From Alphaproteobacteria bacterium (GTDB lineage: Bacteria > Pseudomonadota > Alphaproteobacteria > Bin95): 64,000 bases of DNA. The stretch lies in contig OZ224045.1 in assembly GCA_963665325.3 (NCBI GenBank), positions 64,001 through 128,000 of the forward strand, in the 5' to 3' direction. Numbering within the stretch: position 1 is the stretch's first letter; every line of letters starts with the position of its first letter. The notes under the pieces are model-generated. The model saw nothing but the letters and a program-made list of their open reading frames with translations. It ran no database searches and was not told where the DNA came from. Positions 20,110 through 29,730 of this stretch are shown piece after piece. The position numbers and the translations under genes are program-made.

Positions 20110-21144
20110 ATGGCAAAACGCCGCATTTACCTAGACTGGAATGCTACTGCGCCGTTGGCCCGGGCCGCGCGGGCGGCCATGACCGAAGCCATAGCCGTGC
20201 TCGGCAATCCTTCCTCCGTGCACAGCGAGGGACGCGCTGCGCGGCGCCTTGTAGAGGAGGCGCGGGCGCGGGTGGCCGCCTTTGTCGGCGCTAAGCCGGA
20301 CCAGGTGATCTTTACGTCTGGCGGCACCGAGGCGAACGCGCTTGCGCTTGCCGGTCGCGAATGGCTGGCGGGGGCGAGCGAGCATGCCTCCGTGCTCGAC
20401 CATGCCGGCGGACCGCGCCTGGCGGTGGACGGGGACGGGCGCGTCTCTCCGGATGCGATTCCGCCGGCCGCCGCCGTCGCGCTGATGGCCGCCAACAACG
20501 AAACCGGGACAGTTCACCCGTTGGAGGGCATCGCGCGGCGGGTACGCGCCTCCGGCGGGCTCTGGCATTGCGACGCCGTACAGGCCGCGGGGCGCCTCGA
20601 CCTCGCTGCCATCGAGGCCGACTCGCTGGCGCTCTCGGCGCACAAGCTCGGCGGACCGATGGGCGTCGGCGCGCTGGTACTCAGGAATGAGCGCGCGCTG
20701 AGCGGTCCGATCCGGGGCGCGCAGGAGCGCCGGCGGCGCGGAGGCACGGAAAATGTCGTCGGCATCGCCGGTTTCGGCGCGGTCGCGGGCCCGCTCGGCG
20801 ATGTGTCGGCGCTCCGCGATCGCCTGGAGGCGCGCCTCGAAGGCGCTGTGTTCTACGGCCGCGACAGCCCGCGCCTGACGAACACGAGCTGCATTGGCAT
20901 GCCCGGCGTCTCCAACGAGACCCAGGTGATGGCGTTCGATCTAGAGGGGTTCGCAGTGAGCGCGGGCGCTGCCTGCTCGTCGGGCAAGGTGGGCGCCTCG
21001 CACGTCCTGCTGGCGATGGGCGTGGACGAAGCGACGGCGGGCGAGGCGATCCGGGTCAGTGTCGGACCGGGTGTGACGGAAGAGGAAATCGAAGCGTTCG
21101 CAGACGCTTGGAACCGCCTTGCGGCAAGGTTAGGAAGGCGGTAG
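20110..21144 (+). CDS. Cysteine desulfurase (IscS/NifS class I)
   Basis: [36 protein letters not shown] (PLP Lys), GAACSSG (catalytic Cys). Confidence 0.92.
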   Translation: MAKRRIYLDWNATAPLARAARAAMTEAIAVLGNPSSVHSEGRAARRLVEEARARVAAFVGAKPDQVIFTSGGTEANALALAGREWLAGASEHASVLDHAGGPRLAVDGDGRVSPDAIPPAAAVALMAANNETGTVHPLEGIARRVRASGGLWHCDAVQAAGRLDLAAIEADSLALSAHKLGGPMGVGALVLRNERALSGPIRGAQERRRRGGTENVVGIAGFGAVAGPLGDVSALRDRLEARLEGAVFYGRDSPRLTNTSCIGMPGVSNETQVMAFDLEGFAVSAGAACSSGKVGASHVLLAMGVDEATAGEAIRVSVGPGVTEEEIEAFADAWNRLAARLGRR

Positions 21145-21170
21145 AAGGCGCCGCTCACAGGGTGGGTGCG

Positions 21171-21497
21171 ATGCCGAAGATTACCTTTGTCAGCCCGGAC
21201 GGAAGCGAGCGGACGGTCGAACCGCCGGCCGGGATGACGATTCTGGAAATATCGCGCAAATACGACATCGACATAGAGGGCGCCTGCGAGGGCTCGCTCG
21301 CCTGCTCGACCTGCCATGTGATCGTCGACGGGGATTGGTACGAGAGGCTGCAAGAGCCGGATGAGGACGAGGAGGACATGCTCGACCTTGCATTCGGCCT
21401 GACGCCGACCTCCCGGCTCGGATGCCAGATCGAGGTGACGGACGAGCTAGACGGGCTCCGCGTCACCCTGCCTGAAGAAACCCGGTCGCTGCTCTGA
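21171..21497 (+). CDS. fdx: Adrenodoxin-type 2Fe-2S ferredoxin
   Basis: [28 protein letters not shown]. Confidence 0.95.
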   Translation: MPKITFVSPDGSERTVEPPAGMTILEISRKYDIDIEGACEGSLACSTCHVIVDGDWYERLQEPDEDEEDMLDLAFGLTPTSRLGCQIEVTDELDGLRVTLPEETRSLL

Positions 21498-22150
21498 TGG
21501 GTCTGTTCGACCGGCTGAAGGAGGCCGTGTCCGCCGACTGGGAGGCCTATATCGGCCATCCCTTCGTGCGCGCTGTCGGCGACGGCAGCTTGCCGGAGGC
21601 CTGTTTCCGGCACTATCTGGAACAGGATTACCTCTTCCTCGTCCATTTTGCGCGCGCCTATGCGCTGGCGGCCTTCAAGGGCGAGTCGCTTGCCGATATC
21701 CGCCACGGCGCGGAAACCGCGCTTGCCATCGCCGACACCGAAATGCGCCTCCATGTCGCCTTCTGCGAACGATGGGGGCTGGACGAGGCGGGTATGGCCG
21801 CCCTGCCCGAAGCCCCGGCGACGATGGCCTATACGCGCTATGTGCTGGAGCGCGGGCTTGCCGGCGACCTGCTCGACCTGCATGTCGCGCTCGCGCCCTG
21901 CATCGTCGGATATGCCGAGATCGGCCGGGCGCTCGCAGGGGCCGCGCGGGGCAACCCCTATGGCGCGTGGATCGAGATGTATGCGGGACGCGAGTATCAG
22001 GAGACCGCGGCGGCCGCGATCGCCCAGCTCGACGATCTGTTCGCCCGGCGCGGCGGGCCGGCGCGGCTGCCAAGCCTGGAGCGCATTTTCGGGGATGCGA
22101 CGCGGCTCGAGATCGACTTCTGGCAGATGGGCCTATCACCGAACGCCTGA
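21497..22150 (+). CDS. tenA: TenA/thiaminase II family protein
   Basis: HPFV, YLEQDYLFL..FARAY, ALAPCIVGY, NPYGAWIEMY, RLEIDFW. Confidence 0.9.
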   Translation: MGLFDRLKEAVSADWEAYIGHPFVRAVGDGSLPEACFRHYLEQDYLFLVHFARAYALAAFKGESLADIRHGAETALAIADTEMRLHVAFCERWGLDEAGMAALPEAPATMAYTRYVLERGLAGDLLDLHVALAPCIVGYAEIGRALAGAARGNPYGAWIEMYAGREYQETAAAAIAQLDDLFARRGGPARLPSLERIFGDATRLEIDFWQMGLSPNA

Positions 22151-22262
22151 ACCGCCGGGGTTGAGGTCCGATCCATTTGAACCGAAACTCGCCGAACATC
22201 TGCCAAATTGTCGCTCCGGATTGGGCGGAAGCGCCTTGGCGGAGCAGCTGCATGGAGGACGC

Positions 22263-23189
22263 ATGACCGCCCCCGACCTTGCCTATGTGGCGCTCGCCGT
22301 CGATGAGCCGGAGGCCAGCGCGGCGATCTTCGAGAAGGATTTCCAACTGCCGCGGCAGGACTTCGCCTGCGGCGGCTCGCGCGTGCCGGTCGTCTCTGTC
22401 GGGCGCTCGGCCCTCGCGCTCTTCCGCCCGGACGACCCGTTCCTCGGGCCGGATGCGAAGAAGGGCGTCCACCATATGGCGATTGCCGCCGCCGACCCGG
22501 AGGCTGCGGCCGATGCCTCCGGTATCGCCAGGGCGGGCGGCGTCTCGGAGGGCCTTGGCGGCGGACCGCAGGTAGCGCTTTCGCCAGAGGCGACCGGCGG
22601 GGTGCGCACACGCCTTGCGGCGCCGCTCGGCGTCGGCCCCGGTTCGTCCGGGATGATCGAGCGGATCGACCATCTCGGCGTCGCATCCGCCGACAACGGG
22701 GCGGCGCGAGAAGCGTTCATCGACAGGCTGGGCTGCGTCTATGAGAGCCAGCAGACCGACAGCGAAACCGAGACGATCTCGGAGAACTTCACCTCCGACA
22801 CCTACAACTACATTTTCCACACCAGGCCGTCGCACCTCGTCGGCAGCATGCGGGTTACCTTCATCACCGTCGGCGATACGGAGCTGGAGTTTATCCAGGA
22901 CCTGACGACGGGGAACGAGGTCGATGCCGCGCGGCACGATGCTGCCGGCAACACGCGCGGCGACCGCAGCGCCATCGCGCGCTACATCGCCTCGCGCGGC
23001 GCGGGGCTACACCACATCGCCTTCAAGACGCCGGACGTGGCCGGATCGCTGGCGAAGCTCCGGGCGGCGGGCCACCGGACCATCGATACGATGGGCCGGC
23101 CCGGCTCCCGCCGCGCGCTCATCGGCTTCATGCACCCCACCATGATCGGCGGCGTGCTGATGCATTTCGTCCAGCGCGAGGAGGTCTGA
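22263..23189 (+). CDS. Two-domain VOC (glyoxalase/methylmalonyl-CoA epimerase-like) protein, paralogue 1
   Basis: RBS GGAGG upstream. GVHHMAIA in domain 1; IDHLGVA, ELEFIQ, SAIARYIASRGAGLHHIAF, RPGSR..IGFMHP in domain 2. Confidence 0.82.
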   Translation: MTAPDLAYVALAVDEPEASAAIFEKDFQLPRQDFACGGSRVPVVSVGRSALALFRPDDPFLGPDAKKGVHHMAIAAADPEAAADASGIARAGGVSEGLGGGPQVALSPEATGGVRTRLAAPLGVGPGSSGMIERIDHLGVASADNGAAREAFIDRLGCVYESQQTDSETETISENFTSDTYNYIFHTRPSHLVGSMRVTFITVGDTELEFIQDLTTGNEVDAARHDAAGNTRGDRSAIARYIASRGAGLHHIAFKTPDVAGSLAKLRAAGHRTIDTMGRPGSRRALIGFMHPTMIGGVLMHFVQREEV

Positions 23190-23192
23190 CCC

Positions 23193-24140
23193 ATGGCCGG
23201 TTACTCGCTGAACTATCTGGCGCTGGCGGCCCGCGACGTGGAGGCCGCCTGCCGTTTCCTCGGCGGCTCGCTCGGCCTGGAACGGACCGATGTCGCGCTC
23301 GGCGCCCGCGCCGTTCCGTTCTTCGGCGTGGGAAAGTCCGCCGTCGCGCTGTTCGATCCCTACGATCCTTACCTGGAGGAGCCGCAGTTCCCCGGCGTCC
23401 ACCACATGGCGCTGGAGGCGCAGCACCCCGCCGCCACCGCAGCCCGGCACGGCCTCACGGTCACGGCCGAGGGCACTGGGCCAGACGGCAGACGCTTTGT
23501 TGTCATCGACCCGCAAGAGACCGTCGGCATCCGCACCCGCTTCATCGAGCCGCTGGACATCCCCTCGGCGGCTGGACCCGCCTACAAGATCGACCATCTC
23601 GGCATTGCGACCGACGACAATGACGCCACGGTGCGCGTCTTCTCGGACAATCTCGGCTGTCCCGTCGAAAGCACGCAGACCGATGTCGAAATCCGCAACG
23701 TCACGGAGAGTTTCGTCTCCGACAAATACGGCGCGGTCTATCATTCGCGCCCGCCGGAGATCCTGGGCGGCCTGCGGGACGTCTTCATCAACATCGGCGA
23801 TTGCGAGCTCGAAATGCTGATGGACTACGACCCGGCGCTGAAGCCCAGGGACGGGCTCGGCGAGGACAAGGGCAACACCAAGGGCGACCAGAGCGCGATC
23901 GCCAAATTCGTGGCGCGGCGGGGGCCGGGCCTGGCGCATGTCGCCTTCGCCACGCGCGATATCGACGCGCTGCTGCCGAAGCTCGCCGGCGACGGCTGGC
24001 GCATGATCGACCTCGAAGGCCGTCCCGGCGGGCGCGGCGCGCTAATCGGCTTCGTGCATCCGTCCAATTTCGGCGGCGGGCTGCTGATCCATTTCGTAGA
24101 ACCGCAGGCCGACGGTGGCTATGCGGCGAAATTCGGTTGA
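23193..24140 (+). CDS. Two-domain VOC protein, paralogue 2
   Basis: GVHHMAL; IDHLGIA, ELEML, SAIAKFVARRGPGLAHVAF, RPGGRG..IGFVHP. Collinear with the upstream paralogue. Confidence 0.82.
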   Translation: MAGYSLNYLALAARDVEAACRFLGGSLGLERTDVALGARAVPFFGVGKSAVALFDPYDPYLEEPQFPGVHHMALEAQHPAATAARHGLTVTAEGTGPDGRRFVVIDPQETVGIRTRFIEPLDIPSAAGPAYKIDHLGIATDDNDATVRVFSDNLGCPVESTQTDVEIRNVTESFVSDKYGAVYHSRPPEILGGLRDVFINIGDCELEMLMDYDPALKPRDGLGEDKGNTKGDQSAIAKFVARRGPGLAHVAFATRDIDALLPKLAGDGWRMIDLEGRPGGRGALIGFVHPSNFGGGLLIHFVEPQADGGYAAKFG

Positions 24141-24167
24141 GGCCGCATAACCAACCGGAGACACGCC

Positions 24168-25367
24168 ATGCCGCTGCCGCTCGATAACATCCGCGTGCTC
24201 GACCTGACGCGCGCCGCCGCCGGCCCGTTCTGCACCATGATCCTCGCCGATTTCGGCGCCGATGTGGTGAAGGTCGAGCCGCTGCCGAAGGGGGACCTGA
24301 CGCGGCTCTGGGGCCCTTACGACCACGATATCGGCGTCTATTACCTCTCTATCAACCGCAACAAGCGGGGCCTCGGAGTCGATTTCCGCAACGAGGCGGG
24401 CCTGGACGCGGTGCGCCGGATGGCGACGCAGGCCGATGTCGTGGTGGAGAATTTCAAGCCCGGGACGACGGCGGCGATGGGCCTCGACTACGAGGCCGTC
24501 AGCCGGGCGAACCCCGGCGTCATCTACGGCAGCATCACGGGCATGGGCAGTTCCGGGCCCTACGGAAGCTGGCCCGGCCTCGACCAGATCGCGCAGGGCA
24601 TGTCTGGCATGATGAGCCTGACGGGCGAGCCCGGCGGCGCGCCCACCCGCTACGGCGTGCCCATCGGCGACTTTACAGCCGGTATGTGGTGCGCGCTCGC
24701 CATCACCGCCGCCGTCGCGCAGCGGCATGTGACCGGAAAGGGCCAGCGGGTGGAGACCTCGCTGCTGGCAGCGCTCGTCGGCCTGCTGAGCTTGCAGGGC
24801 CAGCGCTACCTGTCGAACGGCGAGGTGCCCGGACAGGCCGGCAACGACCATCCGACCATCTATCCCTACGGCCTGTTCGAGGCCAGGGACGGGCCGCTCA
24901 ACGTCGCCACGCCGAGCGACAAGCACTGGCAGTGGCTCTGCCGGGTGCTCGGTTGCGAGGAATTGCTGGCGGAGGAGAAATACAGCACGAACGACCTTCG
25001 CCGGGCGAACCGTGACGAACTCCGTGAGCTGCTGAACGCCCGTTTCCGCACACGCGACGCCATCGACTGGACGAAGGAGCTGATGGAAGGCGGCATCCCG
25101 ACGGGCCCTGTCTATTCCCTCGACAGGGTGTTCGCCGACCCGCAGGTCCGCCAGCAGGGCATGGTCGAGGAAATCATGCACCCGACCGTCGGCGCGCTGA
25201 AGCTGCTCTCGAATCCCATCCGCATGGACGCGTTCGAGGGCCAGACCGTACGCACGCCGCCGCCGCTGCTGGGCGAACACAATCGCGACGTGCTCAGGGA
25301 ATACGGCTTCCCGGCCGAAGCCATCGCGGAACTGGAAGCCGCCGGGGCCATAGGCGGCGAGGGCTAG
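24168..25367 (+). CDS. CoA-transferase family III (CaiB/BaiF)
   Basis: RVLDLTRAAAGP, ADFGADVVKVE, NRNKR, DVVVENFKPG, PGLDQIAQ, IGD (catalytic Asp), PPLLGEH. Confidence 0.93.
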   Translation: MPLPLDNIRVLDLTRAAAGPFCTMILADFGADVVKVEPLPKGDLTRLWGPYDHDIGVYYLSINRNKRGLGVDFRNEAGLDAVRRMATQADVVVENFKPGTTAAMGLDYEAVSRANPGVIYGSITGMGSSGPYGSWPGLDQIAQGMSGMMSLTGEPGGAPTRYGVPIGDFTAGMWCALAITAAVAQRHVTGKGQRVETSLLAALVGLLSLQGQRYLSNGEVPGQAGNDHPTIYPYGLFEARDGPLNVATPSDKHWQWLCRVLGCEELLAEEKYSTNDLRRANRDELRELLNARFRTRDAIDWTKELMEGGIPTGPVYSLDRVFADPQVRQQGMVEEIMHPTVGALKLLSNPIRMDAFEGQTVRTPPPLLGEHNRDVLREYGFPAEAIAELEAAGAIGGEG

Positions 25368-26212
25368 GGTCGGGACTCAATTGGCCCACCAGGCGAGAGT
25401 TGCGGCGATGAAGACGGCTGACAAGAATGTATCGGCGCGTTTGTCGTAGCGGGTTGCGATACGGCGAAAGTCTTTGAGGCGACAGAACATACGCTCGATG
25501 CGGTTACGGAGCTTGTAGGCTGTGGCGTCGAAAGAGTGCGGGTTCTTCCGCGTGGACTGGGGCGGTATCACCGGTTCGCAGCCGCGGTCGGTGAGCCAGT
25601 TGCGGAACTTGCGGGCATCGTAGGCCCTGTCGGCGATCAATCGCTTTGGTGCGGGGACCTGCTTCAGGAGAGCCCCGACCCCGGAAAGATCGTGGGCCTG
25701 GCCGGGCGTAAGGGTGAATGCCACGGGCCGGCCAGTCTCATCGGTCAGGGCGTGAATCTTGGTCGTCCGTCCGCCGCGAGATCGCCCGATCGCGTGTTCA
25801 TATTCCCCCCTTTTGCGCCGGCGGCCGAACGGTGTGCCTTCACGTGAGTGGAATCGACAGCGGTCGTGCTGATCACGCCACTTGAGCCCGACAGGGCGTA
25901 GAACACGTCCTCCCACACACCCTGTTTGCTCCACCGGTTGAACCGATTGTAGATCGTCGTATAGGGGCCATACTCCGCCGGACAATCCCGCCAGCGCGCT
26001 CCGGTCTTCAACATGTGGACAATCCCAGAGATCACCCGGCGGTCATCAACCCGGTGTGCGCCGCGACGACCATGAGGAAGCCAAGGTTCAATCCGAGTCC
26101 ATTCCTCCTCGCTCAACCAAAACAGCGTCCGTGCCATTCAAACCTCCATATCGTTTGGAAACTTGAATCACATTCCAGACTCTGTCGGAATCCCCTAATC
26201 GAGTACAGACCC
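25367..26212 (-). mobile_element. IS5-family insertion sequence (IS427-like group), about 846 bp
   Basis: Imperfect terminal inverted repeats GGGTCGGGACTCAATT (25367-25382) and the reverse complement of 26197-26212 (GGGTCTGTACTCGATT), 13/16 identical. Flanked by TA (CTAG context) on both sides; encodes a two-ORF transposase. Confidence 0.93.
25377..26137 (-). CDS. IS5-family transposase, orfA (26137-25745) and orfB joined by a probable -1 frameshift
   Basis: orfA: LSEEEW..DDRRVISGI..GARWRDCP..YGPYTTIYNRFNRWS..DST. orfB: GRSRGGRTTKIH, ADRAYD, RNRIERMF.RLKDFRRIATRYDK. Slippery run AAAAGGGGGG on the minus strand near 25805-25814. Confidence 0.92.
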
Positions 26213-26221
26213 TAGCCCGGG

Positions 26222-27097
26222 CTAAGTGTTCCGCAGGAGGTGGATGAGGGCCGAGGTGTCCCATCGGCCGCCGCCTTCCTGCTGGACGTGCTTGTAGAAC
26301 TGGTCGATGGCGGCGGTCACGGGCAGGCGCGCGCCGTTCCGCTCGGCTTCGGCCAGGCAGATGGCGAGGTCCTTGCGCATCCAGTCCACGGCGAAACCGA
26401 AGTCGAACTTGTCATCGACCATGGTCTGGCCGCGATTGTCCATCTGCCAGGAACCGGCCGCGCCCTTGGATATGACCTCCAGCACGAGCGGCATGTCGAG
26501 CCCGGCCTTGAGACCCATGTTCAGCGCCTCGGACAGCCCCTGCAGCAGGCCGGCAATGGCAATCTGGTTGACCATCTTGGTGAGCTGGCCGTTGCCGGGC
26601 GCTCCCAACAGCGTTACCGCGCGCCCGTAGCAGGTCATTGCCGGGCGGGCACGCTCGAAGGGCTCGCTGTCGCCGCCGCACATCACGGTAAGCACCCCGT
26701 TCTCCGCGCCCGCCTGGCCGCCAGACACCGGCGCGTCGATGCACGAGACACCTCGCGACTGGCCCTCCGCATGGAGTTCGCGCGCCAGATCGGCCGACGC
26801 GGTGGTGTGGTCCACGAACACGGAGCCCGGGCGGATGCCGGCAAAGATGCCGTCTTCGCCATAGACGACACTTCGCACATCGTCATCGTTGCCGACGCAG
26901 GAAAACACGATGTCCGCGGCTTGCGCCGCCTCGCGCGGCGTTGCAGCGGCGCTGCCTCCGTGGGCGGCGGTCCAGGCGTCCGCCTTCTCGCGGGTGCGGT
27001 TATAGACGGTGACATTGTGGCCGGCGGCGGCGAGATGCCTTGCCATCGGGAAACCCATGACGCCGAGGCCGACGAATGCGAGCGAAGCAGTGTTCAT
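26222..27097 (-). CDS. Beta-hydroxyacid dehydrogenase (3-hydroxyisobutyrate DH/tartronate semialdehyde reductase family)
   Basis: FVGLGVMGFPMA, YNRT, DAPVSGGQAGA, GQLTKMVNQ, FGFAVDWMRKDL. Confidence 0.92.
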   Translation of the reverse strand: MNTASLAFVGLGVMGFPMARHLAAAGHNVTVYNRTREKADAWTAAHGGSAAATPREAAQAADIVFSCVGNDDDVRSVVYGEDGIFAGIRPGSVFVDHTTASADLARELHAEGQSRGVSCIDAPVSGGQAGAENGVLTVMCGGDSEPFERARPAMTCYGRAVTLLGAPGNGQLTKMVNQIAIAGLLQGLSEALNMGLKAGLDMPLVLEVISKGAAGSWQMDNRGQTMVDDKFDFGFAVDWMRKDLAICLAEAERNGARLPVTAAIDQFYKHVQQEGGGRWDTSALIHLLRNT

Positions 27098-27130
27098 GGC
27101 AGTACAGTCCGGATTAGGGAGACCGCGCCA

Positions 27131-27946
27131 TCATAGCGAGATGTGGCGGATGAGGTCAGTTTCGATCATGCGCCAGATGTCCCAGTCGGGCGCCACCAGC
27201 AGGCCCTGGCGTGGCCCGAGCGGCCTGTAGGGCGTGCCGTCATGCATCGCCACGGCGCCGCCGGCTTCCTCATGCAGCAGGCAGCCGGCGGCATGGTCCC
27301 AGGGATTGAGCCGGGTATAGAGGCCGAAATGCACCCGCCCGAGAAGGCGGGCGAGATATTCCTGCCCGACGCAACGCGCATTGAAGCAATGTCCGAGGCG
27401 CCCGCGACCGCGCCCCCAGATCTCGCGATAGGCATCGCTGACCCGGAATTTGTAGCCGTAGATGGCGCCGTTCATGTCGCGCAGGCTGGCAGGACGGGTG
27501 ACTTTGAGCCTGCGTTCGCCCATGAAGGCGCCGCCGCCCCGCTCCGCTGTTGCGAGGCGTTCGGAGAAGGGGTCGTAGATCCACCCCGCAACCGTCTCGC
27601 CGCCGATGACGAGCGCCACGATGGTGCAGAAGAGCGGATAGCCCGAGGCGAAATTGGCGGTGCCGTCCAGCGGATCGACAACCCACACGGGGCGGTCTTC
27701 CGCCAACAGGTCGAGAACGCCGGCATCGTTCGCAACGGCCTCTTCGCCGACCACGACCGAGCCCGGCAGCAGATCCGGCAGGCGTTCCGCAAAACGTGCT
27801 TCCATCGCCAGATCGACGGCGGTGACGAAATCGTTGGGCGATTTCTCGCCGATATCGACGGGGTCGAGGTCGACGAACTGCTGTACCATTTCCGCTGCGG
27901 CGGTCTCGCGGATGACCGACGCAACCTTGTCGAGGTCCACCTTCAC
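27131..27946 (-). CDS. Inositol monophosphatase family protein
   Basis: DFVTAVD, VGEE, WVVDPLDGTANF, PWDHAAG. GTG start overlaps the DUF502 stop (GTGA). Confidence 0.9.
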   Translation of the reverse strand: MKVDLDKVASVIRETAAAEMVQQFVDLDPVDIGEKSPNDFVTAVDLAMEARFAERLPDLLPGSVVVGEEAVANDAGVLDLLAEDRPVWVVDPLDGTANFASGYPLFCTIVALVIGGETVAGWIYDPFSERLATAERGGGAFMGERRLKVTRPASLRDMNGAIYGYKFRVSDAYREIWGRGRGRLGHCFNARCVGQEYLARLLGRVHFGLYTRLNPWDHAAGCLLHEEAGGAVAMHDGTPYRPLGPRQGLLVAPDWDIWRMIETDLIRHISL

Positions 27947-28668
27947 GTCGATTCGGCCGGAATCTTCGGGATGCGGCGCTCTTCCTCGGGGCGCCGGTCG
28001 GGCGGCGTCACGATGCCGCCGGAGACCACCATCTTGATGCCCTCCTCGATCGTCATGGAAAGCGGGGTCAGGTCCCGCTTCGGCACGAACAGAAGGAAGC
28101 CGGAGGTGGGGTTGGGAGTCGTCGGCAGGAAGATGTTCACCAGGTCGTCTTCCGTCAGGTTCTGCACTTCGCCTTCGGTCATGCCCGAGACGAAAGCCAG
28201 GCACCAGAGGCCGCGCCGGGGATACTCCACCAGCACGACCTGCCGGAAGGCCGTGGACTTGTGCGCCAACACGGTTTCGAAAATCTGCTTGAGCGCGCCA
28301 TAGACCGTTCGCACGACGGGCATGCGGCTCAACATGCGCTCGCCGGCCCGGATCAGCGTCCGGCCCAACAGGCCCGCGGCCAGGTAGCCGACCAGCGAAA
28401 GCGCAATTATGAAGATGATCAGGCCGATGCCCGGTATCGAAAAGGGCAGATACTGTTCCGGGTTGTAGCCTTCGGGAATGAATCCCCGGATCCTCGAATC
28501 GAAGAACTGGACGATCTGCCAGGCCAGCCAGCCGGTGATGCCGATGGGCGCGGTGACGAGGACTCCCGCAATCACATAGTTGCGGAAGCGCAGCGGCAGG
28601 CTGCGCCCGAAACGTGCCGCCTTCACGCGCGTTCTCTTCACCCCGCTCCGCCGGGCTTTACGCGCCAT
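27943..28668 (-). CDS. DUF502 family membrane protein
   Basis: IPGIG, RMPVVRTVYGALKQI, VVLVEYPRRG, FLPTTPNPTSGFL, GIKMVVSGG. Confidence 0.9.
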   Translation of the reverse strand: MARKARRSGVKRTRVKAARFGRSLPLRFRNYVIAGVLVTAPIGITGWLAWQIVQFFDSRIRGFIPEGYNPEQYLPFSIPGIGLIIFIIALSLVGYLAAGLLGRTLIRAGERMLSRMPVVRTVYGALKQIFETVLAHKSTAFRQVVLVEYPRRGLWCLAFVSGMTEGEVQNLTEDDLVNIFLPTTPNPTSGFLLFVPKRDLTPLSMTIEEGIKMVVSGGIVTPPDRRPEEERRIPKIPAEST

Positions 28669-29626
28669 CTGCGCTCCCTTCCCCTACGGGGCGGCAGATG
28701 CGCCCCTTGCGGCCCGGTCCGGGGCCGGAATGGTTCGGCATGATCAGGATCGCTCCGTCGTAGGGCATCGCAATTTCCCGGTCGCCGTCATGGGCAATGA
28801 CCGTGCCCGCCCGCTCGAACACCTCGCAGCCGACATAGGGTGCGACAAAACGGAATCGGTCGGTCCGGGCGACGATGCCATCGGTCACCTCCAGCAGGCG
28901 CGGCCGGGGCGGCGCCTTCTCCGCGATATGGTCCTCGATATCGGCCATGTCGAGACTTCCGGCAGCCGCGATGAAGCGCAGGACGGTATCGAGCGCATGC
29001 GTGGCTGTTGCGGATGCCCAGTGCTCGCCCGCTTCCACGAGCATCGCGACCTGCGGGTTCGCCGGGTCGTTGAAGGGCTCGTGCTCGATCATCCTGAGGC
29101 CCTCCACATGGCCCGGTCCGCAGACGACAGTTCCGGGATAGCCGACCTTGAGGGCGAAGGCCCGTTCCTTCTCCAGGCCGTGGCAAAGCATGAGCGGCAC
29201 AGATGCGGTACTCATCGAATGGACGTCGAGCAGGAAGTCCGCCTGCTCGAAAACCGAGCGCAACTCGCGGGCGCGTTCCAGTTCGACGCTCCGGCGCGAG
29301 CCGTCCAGGGTTTCGAGCGTCCAAACCCGGTTGAAGTCCTCATCGACGAAACGCGAGGCGCCGGGGTTCTTCGGGTCGAAGCGGCCATAGGCGGCGGTAT
29401 TCGCGAAGGAGAGCGTCAGCACGCCGCGCCGCGGCCGGATGCCCTGCCGGAACAGGAAATCGAGCGCGATGGCGCCGCATATCTCGTTGCCGTGGGTGAC
29501 GGCGTTGACGAGCACATGCGGGCCCGGAACGCCGCTGTCGAAGCGGTGGACATAATCTATGCCCGTATTGCCGGCCTTGTAGGGAGCGATATCGGGGGCT
29601 TCGAGTTCGACGGTAAAGCTCGGCAT
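28658..29626 (-). CDS. Succinylglutamate desuccinylase/aspartoacylase family (M14-like Zn hydrolase)
   Basis: THGNEICG, SRFVDEDFNRVW, LLDVHSM, VEAGEHW. Confidence 0.85.
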   Translation of the reverse strand: MPSFTVELEAPDIAPYKAGNTGIDYVHRFDSGVPGPHVLVNAVTHGNEICGAIALDFLFRQGIRPRRGVLTLSFANTAAYGRFDPKNPGASRFVDEDFNRVWTLETLDGSRRSVELERARELRSVFEQADFLLDVHSMSTASVPLMLCHGLEKERAFALKVGYPGTVVCGPGHVEGLRMIEHEPFNDPANPQVAMLVEAGEHWASATATHALDTVLRFIAAAGSLDMADIEDHIAEKAPPRPRLLEVTDGIVARTDRFRFVAPYVGCEVFERAGTVIAHDGDREIAMPYDGAILIMPNHSGPGPGRKGRICRPVGEGSADGA

Positions 29627-29730
29627 CGGGCATTCCTCGGCGGGTGCGGCAAGGAACATCTAAGCACGAACCGGAGCGGCCGGTAGCCAGGATTTTGTTG
29701 GCGGGAAGTCCGGGCTACAGTCGCAGGACG

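Noticed and set aside
21648-22262. Apparent N-terminal extension of VOC paralogue 1
   Set aside because: Out-of-frame overlap with tenA; the RBS and ATG at 22263 match the paralogue's start.
25745-25985. Transposase split read as a pseudogene
   Set aside because: A two-ORF layout with a slippery A/G run is typical of this IS5 subgroup, and the ends are intact.
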